In this document: piece by piece, positions 27,695 through 38,717 of the stretch | Numbering within the stretch: the first letter of the stretch is position 1 | How the letters are laid out: every line of letters starts with the position of its first letter | Assembly (NCBI GenBank): GCA_900767825.1 | Contig: CAAGAN010000020.1 | Span: forward strand, 6,831 to 70,830 | Reading direction: 5' to 3' | Origin: Bacilli bacterium | GTDB taxonomy: Bacteria > Bacillota_I > Bacilli_A > RFN20 > CAG-826 | Length of the DNA: 64,000 nucleotides | Translations under genes and position numbers: made by a program | The notes under the pieces: model-generated | Databases searched by the model: none | What the model was told of the DNA's origin: nothing | What the model saw: only the letters and a program-made list of their open reading frames with translations

Positions 27695-28494
27695 ATACCG
27701 AGAAATATATTTTTAATGGCTATGAAGTTACAGTCATAATCCCAGATAAACCTAATGGGGAATGGCTATGGAAAACTGAATTTTTGTACGCCTTTGATGC
27801 GCTTGAAAGAAAGCTATGTGAAGATGGATTTATTAGAGTCTATTATCAAATATCAAATAAATATGGTAGCCCTGATTCAGTTGAATTGATGCATGCTTTT
27901 TATCTAGACTTGATGAATAGATATAAGTTAAACAAGAAAGCCATCTTGATAGGATTCTCTAGGGGTGGCTTATATGCATTTAACTTCGCTTTGAAATATC
28001 CTGAATGTGTTAAGAAAATGTATTTAGATTCTCCAGTTCTTGATCTAAGAACCTGGCCTAAAAAAGAGGATAGCCCAGAACTATATGAACAAGTCTTGAA
28101 TGAATATCATTTCTCTAGTGATGAAGAAATGCAAAATTACCAATCCTATCCAGTTTATAAATTTAAAGAATACTTTGCCTTGAATATTCCTACTTTATTA
28201 GTTTGTGGTGGTAACGATTCCTTAGTCAGTCATGAATTGAATTCAAAGAAAATGATTGATTATGCATTGACTAATAACATCAATAATTTCTATTATTACG
28301 TTAAAGTTGGGGATGCTAAAGAAGGTGGCGAGCATCATCCACATTCTTTTGGAAATGTCGATGTTGATTTGATGTATGGATGCAAGGCACCTAGATATTT
28401 CAATGTTTATTCAAATCAAATCAAAGGATCGTCTAGGGAACATCTAGCGATAGTTAAAAGTGATGTTTCTTTAATTGAAGGTTTCTTTAAGTAG
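27691..28494 (+). CDS. alpha/beta-fold hydrolase (esterase-like)
   Basis: Nucleophile elbow 'GFSRGG'. Start overlaps the stop of the GDSL gene. Confidence 0.6.
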   Translation: MNTEKYIFNGYEVTVIIPDKPNGEWLWKTEFLYAFDALERKLCEDGFIRVYYQISNKYGSPDSVELMHAFYLDLMNRYKLNKKAILIGFSRGGLYAFNFALKYPECVKKMYLDSPVLDLRTWPKKEDSPELYEQVLNEYHFSSDEEMQNYQSYPVYKFKEYFALNIPTLLVCGGNDSLVSHELNSKKMIDYALTNNINNFYYYVKVGDAKEGGEHHPHSFGNVDVDLMYGCKAPRYFNVYSNQIKGSSREHLAIVKSDVSLIEGFFK

Positions 28495-28531
28495 AACCTT
28501 AGTTTTTAAATATAAGGCACCCGTGTATTGA

Positions 28532-29767
28532 TTATCTTTTTATTTTTGGTAACGGCAATACATCTAATGGTTTCCTACTCTTGTATTTGCCACGGGTAAA
28601 ATCAGGACATTCAATTGGGATTGATCCTTTTGTAATTGATTCTTCTGATAAGGCAGTAATGCTCATCCAAGAAACTGCATCATAGACATCAATCGGCATT
28701 TCTTCCTTATTCTTAATATATCTAAAGAAATGCTTTAACATGACATAATCCATCCCGCCGTGTCCTGCATCGATTTGTTCTTGGGTTATGTCTTTCCAAT
28801 CTTCAGGGAGATATTCGTCATAATCTTTTTGGTTGAGGAATGACTTTTCTATCGGGTCAAAGTCGTGATCATATTTTTTATCATCCAACACGACTGATTT
28901 AGTGGTTTGGCAATAGAACCCTTTAGTACCTTCAACCGTCAAGTTTCTATCGTAAAGATGAGGAAGTGTAGTATCTAATTTTAATAATATGGTTTCACCA
29001 TTCTCACATTCAATCATTGTAGTGGTGACATCCCCTTGCTTGAATTTGACTCCTGCTAGCTTTTCTTTATAGTCATCACTTTTCTTTATATATTCTTCTA
29101 ATCCTCTTGCTTTAGAAGACATTGATACGACTTTAGTGAACCTATTGCCTCTATTGATATCTAATATCTTGGCAATCGGGCCTAATTCATGAGTTGGATA
29201 ATTCTCGCAGTTATAGTTTTTATATTCTTCCAAACGGTAATGATGGGTGTTTATCCCTCCTGCAATTTCATATCTTAAATCATGGCAATATGCACCTTGG
29301 CAGAATACAACTTCACCTAAGACACCATTTCTATATAAGGAAGTTACTAACATTTCATCCTTGCCATAGCAGCAATTTTCTAAAAAGAAGAAGGGGGTAT
29401 GGCTATCTTCATAGGCATCGACTAATTTCCAACAATCATCAATATTATGTGTTCCGCCGACTTCAATCGCGACAGGTATCCCTCTTTTCATTGATTCAAG
29501 GGCAACTTCGACATGGCTATTCCAACTAGTTGCAACAATGATGCAGTCAGGCTTCCTATCCAATATATCTATAAAAGAAGTAGATCCAAAAGGTTTGGAG
29601 AATCCTTTTTCTTCTATAGTTTTAGAAAAACTAGTAATCCTATCGTCAAATTTATCGCATATGCAATCTATAGTTACATCTTCATTTGCCAATATATTAG
29701 GTAATAATGTATTTCCTCTTTGGCCTAAACCTATTAATCCAAGTCTGATTTTACCATTTTCTTCCAT
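28532..29767 (-). CDS. Gfo/Idh/MocA-family NAD-binding oxidoreductase (possibly GH109-like)
   Basis: N-terminal Rossmann 'IRLGLIGLGQRGNTLL'. The 411-aa length and C-terminal alpha/beta domain are typical of the family. Confidence 0.7.
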   Translation of the reverse strand: MEENGKIRLGLIGLGQRGNTLLPNILANEDVTIDCICDKFDDRITSFSKTIEEKGFSKPFGSTSFIDILDRKPDCIIVATSWNSHVEVALESMKRGIPVAIEVGGTHNIDDCWKLVDAYEDSHTPFFFLENCCYGKDEMLVTSLYRNGVLGEVVFCQGAYCHDLRYEIAGGINTHHYRLEEYKNYNCENYPTHELGPIAKILDINRGNRFTKVVSMSSKARGLEEYIKKSDDYKEKLAGVKFKQGDVTTTMIECENGETILLKLDTTLPHLYDRNLTVEGTKGFYCQTTKSVVLDDKKYDHDFDPIEKSFLNQKDYDEYLPEDWKDITQEQIDAGHGGMDYVMLKHFFRYIKNKEEMPIDVYDAVSWMSITALSEESITKGSIPIECPDFTRGKYKSRKPLDVLPLPKIKR

Positions 29768-30088
29768 AAGCCATCCTTTTCTAAATTGTTTAATAAGACA
29801 ATTAATTAAAATGCCTATTTTTCTAATTTGTTCGCATAATTAGGTTACTATTTTTTAATAACAATGATGTAGTTAAATTCCTAGTTTGTTAATTTTGAAT
29901 ATTAGAAAGTTAAAATTGATTAGATTTTAGAAACCGCTTACACAACAATAAAAACAAGTAGAACGAGTGGTGTCTAGTTTTCTTCCTCATTTAAAGTATC
30001 TTCATCAGTAAATGCTTTATTATTTTAGTAAAGAAAACAAACTAAATCACTACAGGGGTCTACTGCATTGCTTTGAAAGGAGAAGGCT

Positions 30089-31903
30089 ATGAGAGGTAAA
30101 GGACTTTTATTAGGGTTATCTTCACTGGGGTTATTGTTTGCAGCGGGATTTAAGCCAACTGAAAGTATTGTTAAAGCAGAGGAAGTTGCTTCTTCTATGC
30201 CTGCTAATTGGAGTTTATCTATTCTAGATGATAGTAATAATCCTATAACTTCTAATTATTTAACCGCATCCGCTTATAAAGATTCTAATAAAGGCAACTC
30301 CATAATGATGAGCCGTAGGATCTCTGCCTATATTCTTTCTGTTACCTCGACTGCTTTTGAAGCAAGTAAAGATACAGCTTATAAATTAACTTTCTTCTAT
30401 AGATCTAATTGTCTTCATGATGAAGAGAATAAAATAGTGGCGTCTATTATTGAAAATAAAGATGATGGAAGTAAAACTATAACTGAAGTTAGCTTCGCCA
30501 AAGGCAGGGAAAGCAACTGGAAACAGCTTTCTGGATATTACACAACTTCTAGTGGGTGCTCTACTTTGGAGATGTCCTTTTCTTCCTATGGGATGGGCGA
30601 CTTCTATATCAATGGACCGTCTTTGGTTGGAAAACCTGCCCCAACAACATATTTTGCTAATTATGGAATGGAAAATGGGATTGAGGATAAAACTCCTCTC
30701 ACTCCATTATTAGCTTCTAATCTTTCTGATGATGCCTGTACCGGAGAAAGGTCGATTAAGTTGACCGATCAAGGGTTTAAAACTATTTTTGCCGAGCTTC
30801 CTAACGGGAAGGAATTCGAATTAAGATTTAAATATAAGCATGATTACGAAGATGGGAGTAGGTTGAGCGTTAGGATAGACAATTGCCCAATTGGGGGGAC
30901 TTCAAATGTTTATACCGCGACACCGGTAGGGCCACAAAGTACCGGTGGCGCTTGGAATTCGTATTCTTATAAATTCAAGAAATTAATACCAGGACAGGCT
31001 GGGTATTTTGACGTTAATTATATTAAAATACATGCTTATGGCACGTTTTACATAGATGATTTGGAACTATTAGATTCTACTAATTTTAACTATATTGCTG
31101 GCGGTTCTTTCGAAGGGTATGATGTTTTTAATATGTCTTTATCCGGCGCTGTCGGCATTGTTAAGGATTCGGACGGTTCGTTAGTTTTTTCAGGTAGTCA
31201 AAGATCCGTTTTAGACATTAATTCTGAGCCTTCTTTGACTTTAGAATCTTCAAAATTTGAATTAATTACAGGCAATACCTATACCCTTAAATACAAATAT
31301 AGGTGTGGCCATTCTGAAACTGGTTCAGCTTATTATGGGAATGCAAAGATTTATACCGGCTCTATGTCTGACGATTGGGTTGATGTATCCGTTGATTTTG
31401 TGGCAGCCGAAGAAGCGAATATAAAATTGGTGTTCTGCACTACTTATTATAGAATCGCCTATATTAAAAATATATCTATTACAGATAGCGAAAATGTAGA
31501 GAAATTGCCTGAAGTAATCAAAGAATATAATTCATCAGAAGGGGAAGCGGTTGAATCATTCCCATATGGTAATTTCGAATATGATTTCCCTCCAACTCCA
31601 GAAGATAGTTCTTCTAGTTCTTCTACTAGCGAAGAAACTTCATTCACCCAAGAAACTAAGCCAAGTGAAGATTCTTCTTCTAAACCAGATATTTCTTCTA
31701 GCGAGCAAAGTGGATCTACTGGAAGTTCTTCTTCTTCTTCTTCTAATCAAGATTCTTCTAGCGAAGGAGAAACTCATCCATCAAATGAAAAATCAAAAGC
31801 TACAGCAGCACTTACTGGAACTACAATTGCTATGTTAACTGTTTCTACTATTGGATTAGCAATTGCTATATATGCCTTAATTAGAGGAAAGAAAAATGGT
31901 TAA
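30089..31903 (+). CDS. cell-surface protein with jelly-roll/CBM-like domains, Ser-rich stalk and C-terminal TM anchor
   Basis: Signal peptide, a Ser-rich 'SSSSSSTSEETS...SSSSSSSNQDSSS' region and a C-terminal 'LTGTTIAMLTVSTIGLAIAIYALIRGKKNG'. The internal domain is paralogous to 47842..50265. Confidence 0.6.
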   Translation: MRGKGLLLGLSSLGLLFAAGFKPTESIVKAEEVASSMPANWSLSILDDSNNPITSNYLTASAYKDSNKGNSIMMSRRISAYILSVTSTAFEASKDTAYKLTFFYRSNCLHDEENKIVASIIENKDDGSKTITEVSFAKGRESNWKQLSGYYTTSSGCSTLEMSFSSYGMGDFYINGPSLVGKPAPTTYFANYGMENGIEDKTPLTPLLASNLSDDACTGERSIKLTDQGFKTIFAELPNGKEFELRFKYKHDYEDGSRLSVRIDNCPIGGTSNVYTATPVGPQSTGGAWNSYSYKFKKLIPGQAGYFDVNYIKIHAYGTFYIDDLELLDSTNFNYIAGGSFEGYDVFNMSLSGAVGIVKDSDGSLVFSGSQRSVLDINSEPSLTLESSKFELITGNTYTLKYKYRCGHSETGSAYYGNAKIYTGSMSDDWVDVSVDFVAAEEANIKLVFCTTYYRIAYIKNISITDSENVEKLPEVIKEYNSSEGEAVESFPYGNFEYDFPPTPEDSSSSSSTSEETSFTQETKPSEDSSSKPDISSSEQSGSTGSSSSSSSNQDSSSEGETHPSNEKSKATAALTGTTIAMLTVSTIGLAIAIYALIRGKKNG

Positions 31904-33080
31904 TAAATTATTACCAATCGCCATTATTTCGCTTTCTTTGATGTCGGCTTCGGTCCAGCCGAATTTAATTAAGGCAAGTGAATCTAGCGAAGAATCTACA
32001 GGCGAATCGGCTACAGAAGAAAACAAGACTAGAATCAAGCTTTATCAAGTTGAAAGTCCATTTAATTTCCATACGACTTTGCAACAAAAATATATTGATG
32101 ATGGTAATCTTTCTATTGCTAAATATGCAAAAGGAGAAGCAGAGATTTCTCAACCTGAATCGCTTAAGATTGAATGGGATATATTTGATTATGAAGGGGA
32201 AAAGAGGCCTTATTACACATTGAAGTTATCTGAGAACAATGATTTCTCTTCTTCTTGGACTTATAGGACCTATGATACTTTCTATTATGTTTATAACCTT
32301 AAGCTAGCTACTAAATATTATTATTCGGTATCCGCTAGCATTGATGGAAATATAGTTACTAGCGAAAGCAAATATTTCGTTACGGCTAATACTTCCATTA
32401 GGAATCTTCGCCTTGATGGGGTTATCAATGTACGTGATGTCGGGGGATGGAGAAATAGGGAAGGCAAATTCATGGTCAAGCAAGGAATGGTCTATAGATC
32501 TGGGCCATTTAATGTTTCCTATGCTTCTTCTATGCAAAAAAGCATTACTTCATCTGGGCTAATCGAAGCGTCTAGATTAGGAATAAAGACTGAAATAGAT
32601 TTAAGGACAGTCGATAATAACGAAGTAGGGGGATTAAAGTCAGTTAGCCCATTAGGAAGTCGTGTCAAATATATCCAAGCCCCGTTAGATTATAATTATC
32701 CAGAAAAGATATTTACCTATAAGAACAATGCTGAATCTTTTAAGAAGATATTCAAGGTATTTGCTGATCCATCTTCTTATCCAATTAATTTCCATTGTAC
32801 GGCTGGAGCAGATAGGACTGGCTGCATCGCTTTCTTGCTAAATGGATTAATGGGGGTATCGGAAGCTGATTTATATAGGGATTACCTATTTACTAATTTT
32901 GCTAGTGTTGGCCCTAGGGCTAGAAGTAGCATTTCAGTTGCTTATGTAAAGACTATCAACAATAATCCAGGAAAGACACTTCAAGACAAGATTGTATCTA
33001 CTCTTACTTCCATTGGGGTGGATATCAATGACTTAAATAGCATCTATTTCCTATTACAAGAGGAGGGCTACCGTATATGA
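31896..33080 (+). CDS. secreted Cys-based protein phosphatase (CX5R P-loop; PTP / Y_phosphatase3-like)
   Basis: Signal peptide. The catalytic P-loop 'HCTAGADRTG' matches HC(X)5R(S/T). Confidence 0.65.
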   Translation: MVNKLLPIAIISLSLMSASVQPNLIKASESSEESTGESATEENKTRIKLYQVESPFNFHTTLQQKYIDDGNLSIAKYAKGEAEISQPESLKIEWDIFDYEGEKRPYYTLKLSENNDFSSSWTYRTYDTFYYVYNLKLATKYYYSVSASIDGNIVTSESKYFVTANTSIRNLRLDGVINVRDVGGWRNREGKFMVKQGMVYRSGPFNVSYASSMQKSITSSGLIEASRLGIKTEIDLRTVDNNEVGGLKSVSPLGSRVKYIQAPLDYNYPEKIFTYKNNAESFKKIFKVFADPSSYPINFHCTAGADRTGCIAFLLNGLMGVSEADLYRDYLFTNFASVGPRARSSISVAYVKTINNNPGKTLQDKIVSTLTSIGVDINDLNSIYFLLQEEGYRI

Positions 33081-36000
33081 TTTTCTCTTCTTTGCTTACT
33101 TTCTTATCCGCCTCCACCTTGTTTATATCTTCGTTATCTTCTTTATTTACTCCTACTAGGGCTGCTAGCAGGCAAGTTGATGAAACTAAAGTAGGCTCAG
33201 TTGCTCCAAGTAACGGAACATATAGTTTTGAAGAAGATGGTGGCTGGAAATATAACGAAACCGGAACATATTCCATCAGTGAAGATGAATATTATGATGG
33301 ATCTAAATCTCTTCATGTCGTACGTAATAGCTACAATACATTATTTGAAGCAACATCTAGTACTTTCCTAGTCGAACCAGGCACTAGATATAGACTTGGC
33401 TTCTATTTCAAAAGCCAAAACTCTTTTGGAACTAGCCTTACTTTGAAGGTCACTACATATGATGATTCAGATAAAGAAATTAGGACTATTGAAGGTCCTA
33501 CAACTAGATTAAATGCCGATTCACTTTCTTCTAGCTGGAGTGAATTGTTCCTAGAATTACAAACTAAGAATAATGCCGCCAAAGCAAAACTAACCATTGT
33601 TATCAAATATGGTCCTGCCAATGTTTATTTTGATAAGGCATATTGCATCAAGACTGGGTCTGATGTCTTTGATGAAACTTTCTCTTTCCCAAATTCTTCG
33701 CTAGGGTTCCAAAATTGGAAACTAGATAACGCCAAAGCTAGCGAGGGTGGTTTATTGATTGAAGAAGGTGGCAAGGCCGTTACAACTTGGAACAGGTTCT
33801 TAAGTGGCTATGGCTATACCTTTACTTTTGATGCAAAAAGCGAAAAAGAAAGCAGGGGCAACATCAAATTCGAGATATTTGATACATCTAATAATTTAAT
33901 ACAGACTGTTGAAAAAGGATTTGATGTAACTACTACCTTAGAACAAAAATCAATTGAAGTAACAATAAAGCATGGAATTAAAGCCTATATTACATTTAGT
34001 TCTTCTTCATCTTTATTTATTGATAATATCCATGCGGTTAAATCTTATTCTCCAAACGATGAATCAGGCTGGCTTGGTCAATGGGTTACTTATCCTGATG
34101 CTGATATTACTAATGATGCAGCTTACCAAAATAGATGGTATAGGCAGAGTTTTGAATTAAGTGAAAAAGTTGCCTCTGCTAGTTTACAAGTTACAGCAGA
34201 TGACGTTAGATTCCCTTACCTAAATGGATATGGATTTGGTAGAGGTGGAACTTGGTCTTCTCCTAATATCATTGATGTAACCGATAAATTAGTAGAAGGG
34301 ACTAATGTTTTTGCCTGCAGAGTCTATAACGGGACATATTATTCAGGCTTATTATTTGAAATAACTATCATCACCGAATCAGGAAGGACTATATCCGTCT
34401 ATTCAGGAAAAGATACCTTGACTGCTAAAGGGATTGATCTAAATGAACAATACCTAACCAATGAAGACTTAAGCTGGACTAGAGTCGGCTATGACGATTC
34501 TAGTTGGCATAAAGTCTATATAGTAGGTCCAGTTGGATCTATGCCTTGGGGGTCTATTCCTTTTATCTCATTAGCTACTACAGTCCCTGAATTCGAATTG
34601 ACCAATGCAATATTCCCAAAAGAAGTAAAGCTTGGCGAAAGCATGAAGTTATCTTTGACTTGGAAGATAAAGGAAAAAATAGAAAAGCCATTTAGCTTAA
34701 GTGTTTCTTTCTGGGAGAAGTATTCTTCTGATAATGACGAATCTAGCCCGATTAAGTCGACATTACGTCAAACTAGTGGGGAGGATATGCTTTCTTGGGA
34801 AGTAGATACTCCAACTACAGTCGAATATGAAGTCGATATTCCCGATTATATGGAAGAAGGCTCCTATATGCTTCAATTTGACGAAGAACAAATCAAATTG
34901 GTCAACAATCCTGATTTCTCTAACAATAAATTACGTGGATATTATGTTAGATTCCTTCCTACCGAAATCAAATTAGAAAAAACCGAAATCGTTAATGAAA
35001 GAGGCGTGACTAAGCTTAGGATTGGGAAAGAAGACTATGCCCCATATCTATTCATGCAGAGCGATGGACTTAAATACTTTAAGCCAGTATATGCGACTAA
35101 GATGTATGAATCTGGGGTCAAGTTGCTTTCAGTTGGCAACAATAAGGTTGTCGATACAATTACCGGCATATCTACCTGGGCAGATGATAACGAATATAAT
35201 TTCGAACCATTCGATAACACGATCTATACAACTTTATCTGGTGCACCCAAGGCTAAATTGCTTGTAATGATTAGCTGCGATCCTCCTTCATGGTGGCTAA
35301 ATAAATATCCAGAGGAAAGAGCCTTGTCTGCTAAAGGGGGAACTGATTCAGTTTCCTATGCTTCTAAACGCTGGGTAAAAGACATATCCAAATACATGAG
35401 AGCCGTATTGGAACATATGAAATCCATGCCATATGCTGCCCATATATTTGCCGTCAAGTTTGCCCAAGGCGCAACTTATGAATGGCAAGAATATGGAATG
35501 GAATTAGGCAATTGTGCCGATTTCTCTAAAGTTGCCCAAAGCGGATTTAGGGAATTCCTAAAAGAAAAATACAAGACTAATGAAGCTCTTCAATTAGCAT
35601 GGGGGAATACACTTGTTAATTTCGATAATGCCACTATCCCTGGATATGGGGAAAGAGAATCCCTTACCTATGATTCTCTTCTAGATGGCATCAAGCAAAG
35701 GAATGTCCTTGATTATCAAGATTTCAAAGGAAAGAATGTCACCGATTCAATACTAGCTTTCTCTAATGTAGTTAAAGAAGTATCAGATGGCAAATGGCTT
35801 GCCGGGACTTATCAAGGATATATTACTAATGCTCTTACTTATGAAGGAAGTGGTATTGGGAATAACCAATTTGCTAGGTTACTTGAAAAAGATAGCAACT
35901 GCGATTTCTTCTGTGGTCCAATTTCATATATGACTAGGATTTCAGGTTATAGCAATTCCTATATGCAGGCAGTTACTTCTATTACAAATGCAGGTAAGTT

Positions 36001-37333
36001 ATGCTTAACTGAATTTGATGAAAGAACAGTAAATGTCGATATGCCTGACCAATCTCCTTCCCAGATGGATGAATGGGGCAAGACATATACTTTAGAAGAT
36101 ACGATCAACCTAATAAAAAGAGATGCCGGCAATGTCTTGATTACTGGTGCCGGCAGCTGGATTTATGATATGACGGGCGGCTGGTATCATGATGAAGAAA
36201 TATATAATTGTTTATCCATATTGATGAAGGAATATGAATATGCCCTCAAATATATGGATAATACCAATAATCATGATGTGGCCTTCATCATTGAAGATAA
36301 GATGCCTTCTGATTATGCCTATAACTTCGGTGCTTCTTATAGTGCTCTTGAAGTAAACCTAAGTAGGCAAAAAGAAGACTTGGCCCATATCGGGGCAGGG
36401 TATGATACTTATCTAGCTAGTGATTTAAAGAAAGGATTAGCCAAGGATTATAAGGTATTCTTAATTGTTGGTAATCGTTTCGATAAAGAAACTATCGATG
36501 GAATAAATAACATCTGCAAAAAGAATGGTACTGCTATTATTTGGTGCGGTACTCCTGGAATATATGGACAAGACGGCTCGATGAGTGCCTCTAATGTTTC
36601 TTCCTTAGTTGATATGCAAGTTGAATTTGCTCCAGGAGCAGTTACTACAGCCGTAGCTATTGATTCAACTAGCGATGATCCTCTTATTGAAGGAATACAA
36701 GGCTACCATTATGGCAAAAGCGAAATTAAAGAAGTTAATCCGGTTACCTATGTTAAGGATAGCAATGCAACTTCGTTAGGTAAGATTAGCGATACTGACT
36801 ATACCGGTCTAGCCTATAAAGAAGTTGAAACTAAAGACGGTGGTTCATATTTATCTATATTCTCTTCTATTGGACATCTTCCAAGCCACGTCATTAGGAA
36901 TGTAATGAAGAAATTAGGATGCCATATCTATGATACTTCTTATTCTGATGTAGTCTTCTCTTCTAATGGATATCTATGTATCGATTCTCCTTATGGAGGA
37001 GAAAGAACTATATCCTTACCAGGAAAATATGATGTCTATGACGTCTTTAATGATAAGCTTATCGGACAGGATATATCTTCATTTGAAGTGAGCTTCGATG
37101 CAAAAACCTCATATCTATATCGCTTAATGCCAGCGAATACTTATGGATTAGACCCAACTCCTCCAGTTGATCCTGATAATCCAATAGATCCAAATCCAGA
37201 TAATCCGATTGTTCCTAATGATAAATCTAGCAATCTATTATTCCCAATAATCGGGACTAGCATTGCCGGAATTGAAATTGTTTCAATGGTAGCAATATTA
37301 ATTGTTACCTTAAAAATAAAAAAGGCTAAATAG
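33077..37333 (+). CDS. giant (1418 aa) cell-surface multidomain protein, probable glycoside hydrolase with sugar-binding beta-sandwich domains; C-terminal Pro-rich linker + TM anchor
   Basis: Signal peptide, several beta-sandwich-like N-terminal modules and a central TIM-barrel-like region. The C-terminus 'PTPPVDPDNPIDPNPDNPIVPN...' is followed by a TM helix. Start overlaps the stop of the phosphatase gene. Confidence 0.55.
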   Translation: MIFSSLLTFLSASTLFISSLSSLFTPTRAASRQVDETKVGSVAPSNGTYSFEEDGGWKYNETGTYSISEDEYYDGSKSLHVVRNSYNTLFEATSSTFLVEPGTRYRLGFYFKSQNSFGTSLTLKVTTYDDSDKEIRTIEGPTTRLNADSLSSSWSELFLELQTKNNAAKAKLTIVIKYGPANVYFDKAYCIKTGSDVFDETFSFPNSSLGFQNWKLDNAKASEGGLLIEEGGKAVTTWNRFLSGYGYTFTFDAKSEKESRGNIKFEIFDTSNNLIQTVEKGFDVTTTLEQKSIEVTIKHGIKAYITFSSSSSLFIDNIHAVKSYSPNDESGWLGQWVTYPDADITNDAAYQNRWYRQSFELSEKVASASLQVTADDVRFPYLNGYGFGRGGTWSSPNIIDVTDKLVEGTNVFACRVYNGTYYSGLLFEITIITESGRTISVYSGKDTLTAKGIDLNEQYLTNEDLSWTRVGYDDSSWHKVYIVGPVGSMPWGSIPFISLATTVPEFELTNAIFPKEVKLGESMKLSLTWKIKEKIEKPFSLSVSFWEKYSSDNDESSPIKSTLRQTSGEDMLSWEVDTPTTVEYEVDIPDYMEEGSYMLQFDEEQIKLVNNPDFSNNKLRGYYVRFLPTEIKLEKTEIVNERGVTKLRIGKEDYAPYLFMQSDGLKYFKPVYATKMYESGVKLLSVGNNKVVDTITGISTWADDNEYNFEPFDNTIYTTLSGAPKAKLLVMISCDPPSWWLNKYPEERALSAKGGTDSVSYASKRWVKDISKYMRAVLEHMKSMPYAAHIFAVKFAQGATYEWQEYGMELGNCADFSKVAQSGFREFLKEKYKTNEALQLAWGNTLVNFDNATIPGYGERESLTYDSLLDGIKQRNVLDYQDFKGKNVTDSILAFSNVVKEVSDGKWLAGTYQGYITNALTYEGSGIGNNQFARLLEKDSNCDFFCGPISYMTRISGYSNSYMQAVTSITNAGKLCLTEFDERTVNVDMPDQSPSQMDEWGKTYTLEDTINLIKRDAGNVLITGAGSWIYDMTGGWYHDEEIYNCLSILMKEYEYALKYMDNTNNHDVAFIIEDKMPSDYAYNFGASYSALEVNLSRQKEDLAHIGAGYDTYLASDLKKGLAKDYKVFLIVGNRFDKETIDGINNICKKNGTAIIWCGTPGIYGQDGSMSASNVSSLVDMQVEFAPGAVTTAVAIDSTSDDPLIEGIQGYHYGKSEIKEVNPVTYVKDSNATSLGKISDTDYTGLAYKEVETKDGGSYLSIFSSIGHLPSHVIRNVMKKLGCHIYDTSYSDVVFSSNGYLCIDSPYGGERTISLPGKYDVYDVFNDKLIGQDISSFEVSFDAKTSYLYRLMPANTYGLDPTPPVDPDNPIDPNPDNPIVPNDKSSNLLFPIIGTSIAGIEIVSMVAILIVTLKIKKAK

Positions 37334-37348
37334 CCTAGAAAGGTATTT

Positions 37349-38707
37349 ATGAAAAAACAAAGAATCCTACTTGTTGCCGTTACAGCTTTTATTAGCAGCT
37401 GTACATCTAATTCCGGAGGTGGAGATACACCTAAAACTAGCGAAGATAGCGTTAGCGATAAATTCACCCTCCAAATATTCACTGGTGGTTATGGCGATGC
37501 CCCATGGAAATATGCCTTAAAGGAATTCGATAAACTTTATGGCGATAAATATACTGTAATTGCCAATATGGACAATAACGTCAATAAGACATTTGCCGAT
37601 AGATGGAAAAATGGTAATGAACCAGATTTTGTCTTCCTTGATGGTAGCGATATCGATAAACCTAACTGGCTTAGCGAAGGTCTTCTAGAAGACTTAACCC
37701 CATGGCTAGAAACTGCCAAAGTCCAAGGCGAAGATACTTTAATCAAAGATAAAGTCGATTCTTCATATTGGGTAAAATATACCGATTCTAATTCAAAAAA
37801 GACCATTACATATGGGGCTCCATTGCTTCTTAATGCCTATGGTATGTGGTATGACGATGCATTATTTAGTGAAAAGAAGTGGACCATGCCTACAAATTAC
37901 AATGAACTAAAGACTTTTGCAGGCAAAGCTACTAATGAAATAAGAAACTTAATCTATCCAGGTGTATATAGTGGATATCTTACCCAAGGTATGTTAGTAC
38001 CTGCCTTTGCTGAAATGGGTGATGAATTCTTTAATAGAGTCATGAATTGCCTTGATGCAGATGTCTATGAAAGCGCGGAATTCAAGGAAGTGATGAACCG
38101 TTTCAATGAATATATTTCCTTAAATCAATATACGGTTTCTGAATGCCTTTCCTTAAACCATACCTCAAGCCAAATGAAATGGCTAGGACATAAAGCTGCC
38201 CTTATTCCAAATGGATTATGGCTACGTTCTGAAATGTCTAAAGCCGATAATGGTAATAGCGCTATCCCTGATGGATTCAATATGCGTTTCTCCCCATCTC
38301 CACTAGTAAAATCAAAGCAAAGCATAGTTACTTCTTCAATTACCTGCGCTGTTGCTAGCAATGCCAAAAACAAGAAGGCTGCCAAAGAATTCCTCTCCAT
38401 CCTATATAGAGATGATGTCCAAAAGCAATTTGTCTATGCTTCTGATTCCCCATCAGTTGTCAAACTTGATTTAGAAAATGATAAGAATGTCACCGATGTA
38501 TTGAAATATACCCAAGAAGTGTTTAATAATCCTAATTATGCCCATAAAGCAAATAATGGATCTTGGGGTGGCGTCGATAAGGCTATTAATGATGCCGTCA
38601 ATAGCTTAGTAAAAGCTCACTTAAGCGGCACAACCTATACAGTCGATGATGCTTGCAAGGCTATTAAAGCTGCAGCGGTCCAAGAAATTAACGACAGGAA
38701 CTTCTAA
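37349..38707 (+). CDS. ABC transporter extracellular solute-binding lipoprotein (family 1, sugar)
   Basis: Lipobox 'FISSCTS'. The 452-aa length and overall pattern fit SBP_bac_1. It is followed by two permease genes. Confidence 0.8.
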   Translation: MKKQRILLVAVTAFISSCTSNSGGGDTPKTSEDSVSDKFTLQIFTGGYGDAPWKYALKEFDKLYGDKYTVIANMDNNVNKTFADRWKNGNEPDFVFLDGSDIDKPNWLSEGLLEDLTPWLETAKVQGEDTLIKDKVDSSYWVKYTDSNSKKTITYGAPLLLNAYGMWYDDALFSEKKWTMPTNYNELKTFAGKATNEIRNLIYPGVYSGYLTQGMLVPAFAEMGDEFFNRVMNCLDADVYESAEFKEVMNRFNEYISLNQYTVSECLSLNHTSSQMKWLGHKAALIPNGLWLRSEMSKADNGNSAIPDGFNMRFSPSPLVKSKQSIVTSSITCAVASNAKNKKAAKEFLSILYRDDVQKQFVYASDSPSVVKLDLENDKNVTDVLKYTQEVFNNPNYAHKANNGSWGGVDKAINDAVNSLVKAHLSGTTYTVDDACKAIKAAAVQEINDRNF

Positions 38708-38717
38708 TTAAATAAAT

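Noticed and set aside
31551-31838. 95-aa Leu/Lys-rich ORF and an antisense 62-aa ORF
   Set aside because: Low-complexity translation of the Ser-rich (AGC/TCT repeat) linker region of the surface protein gene, read in other frames.
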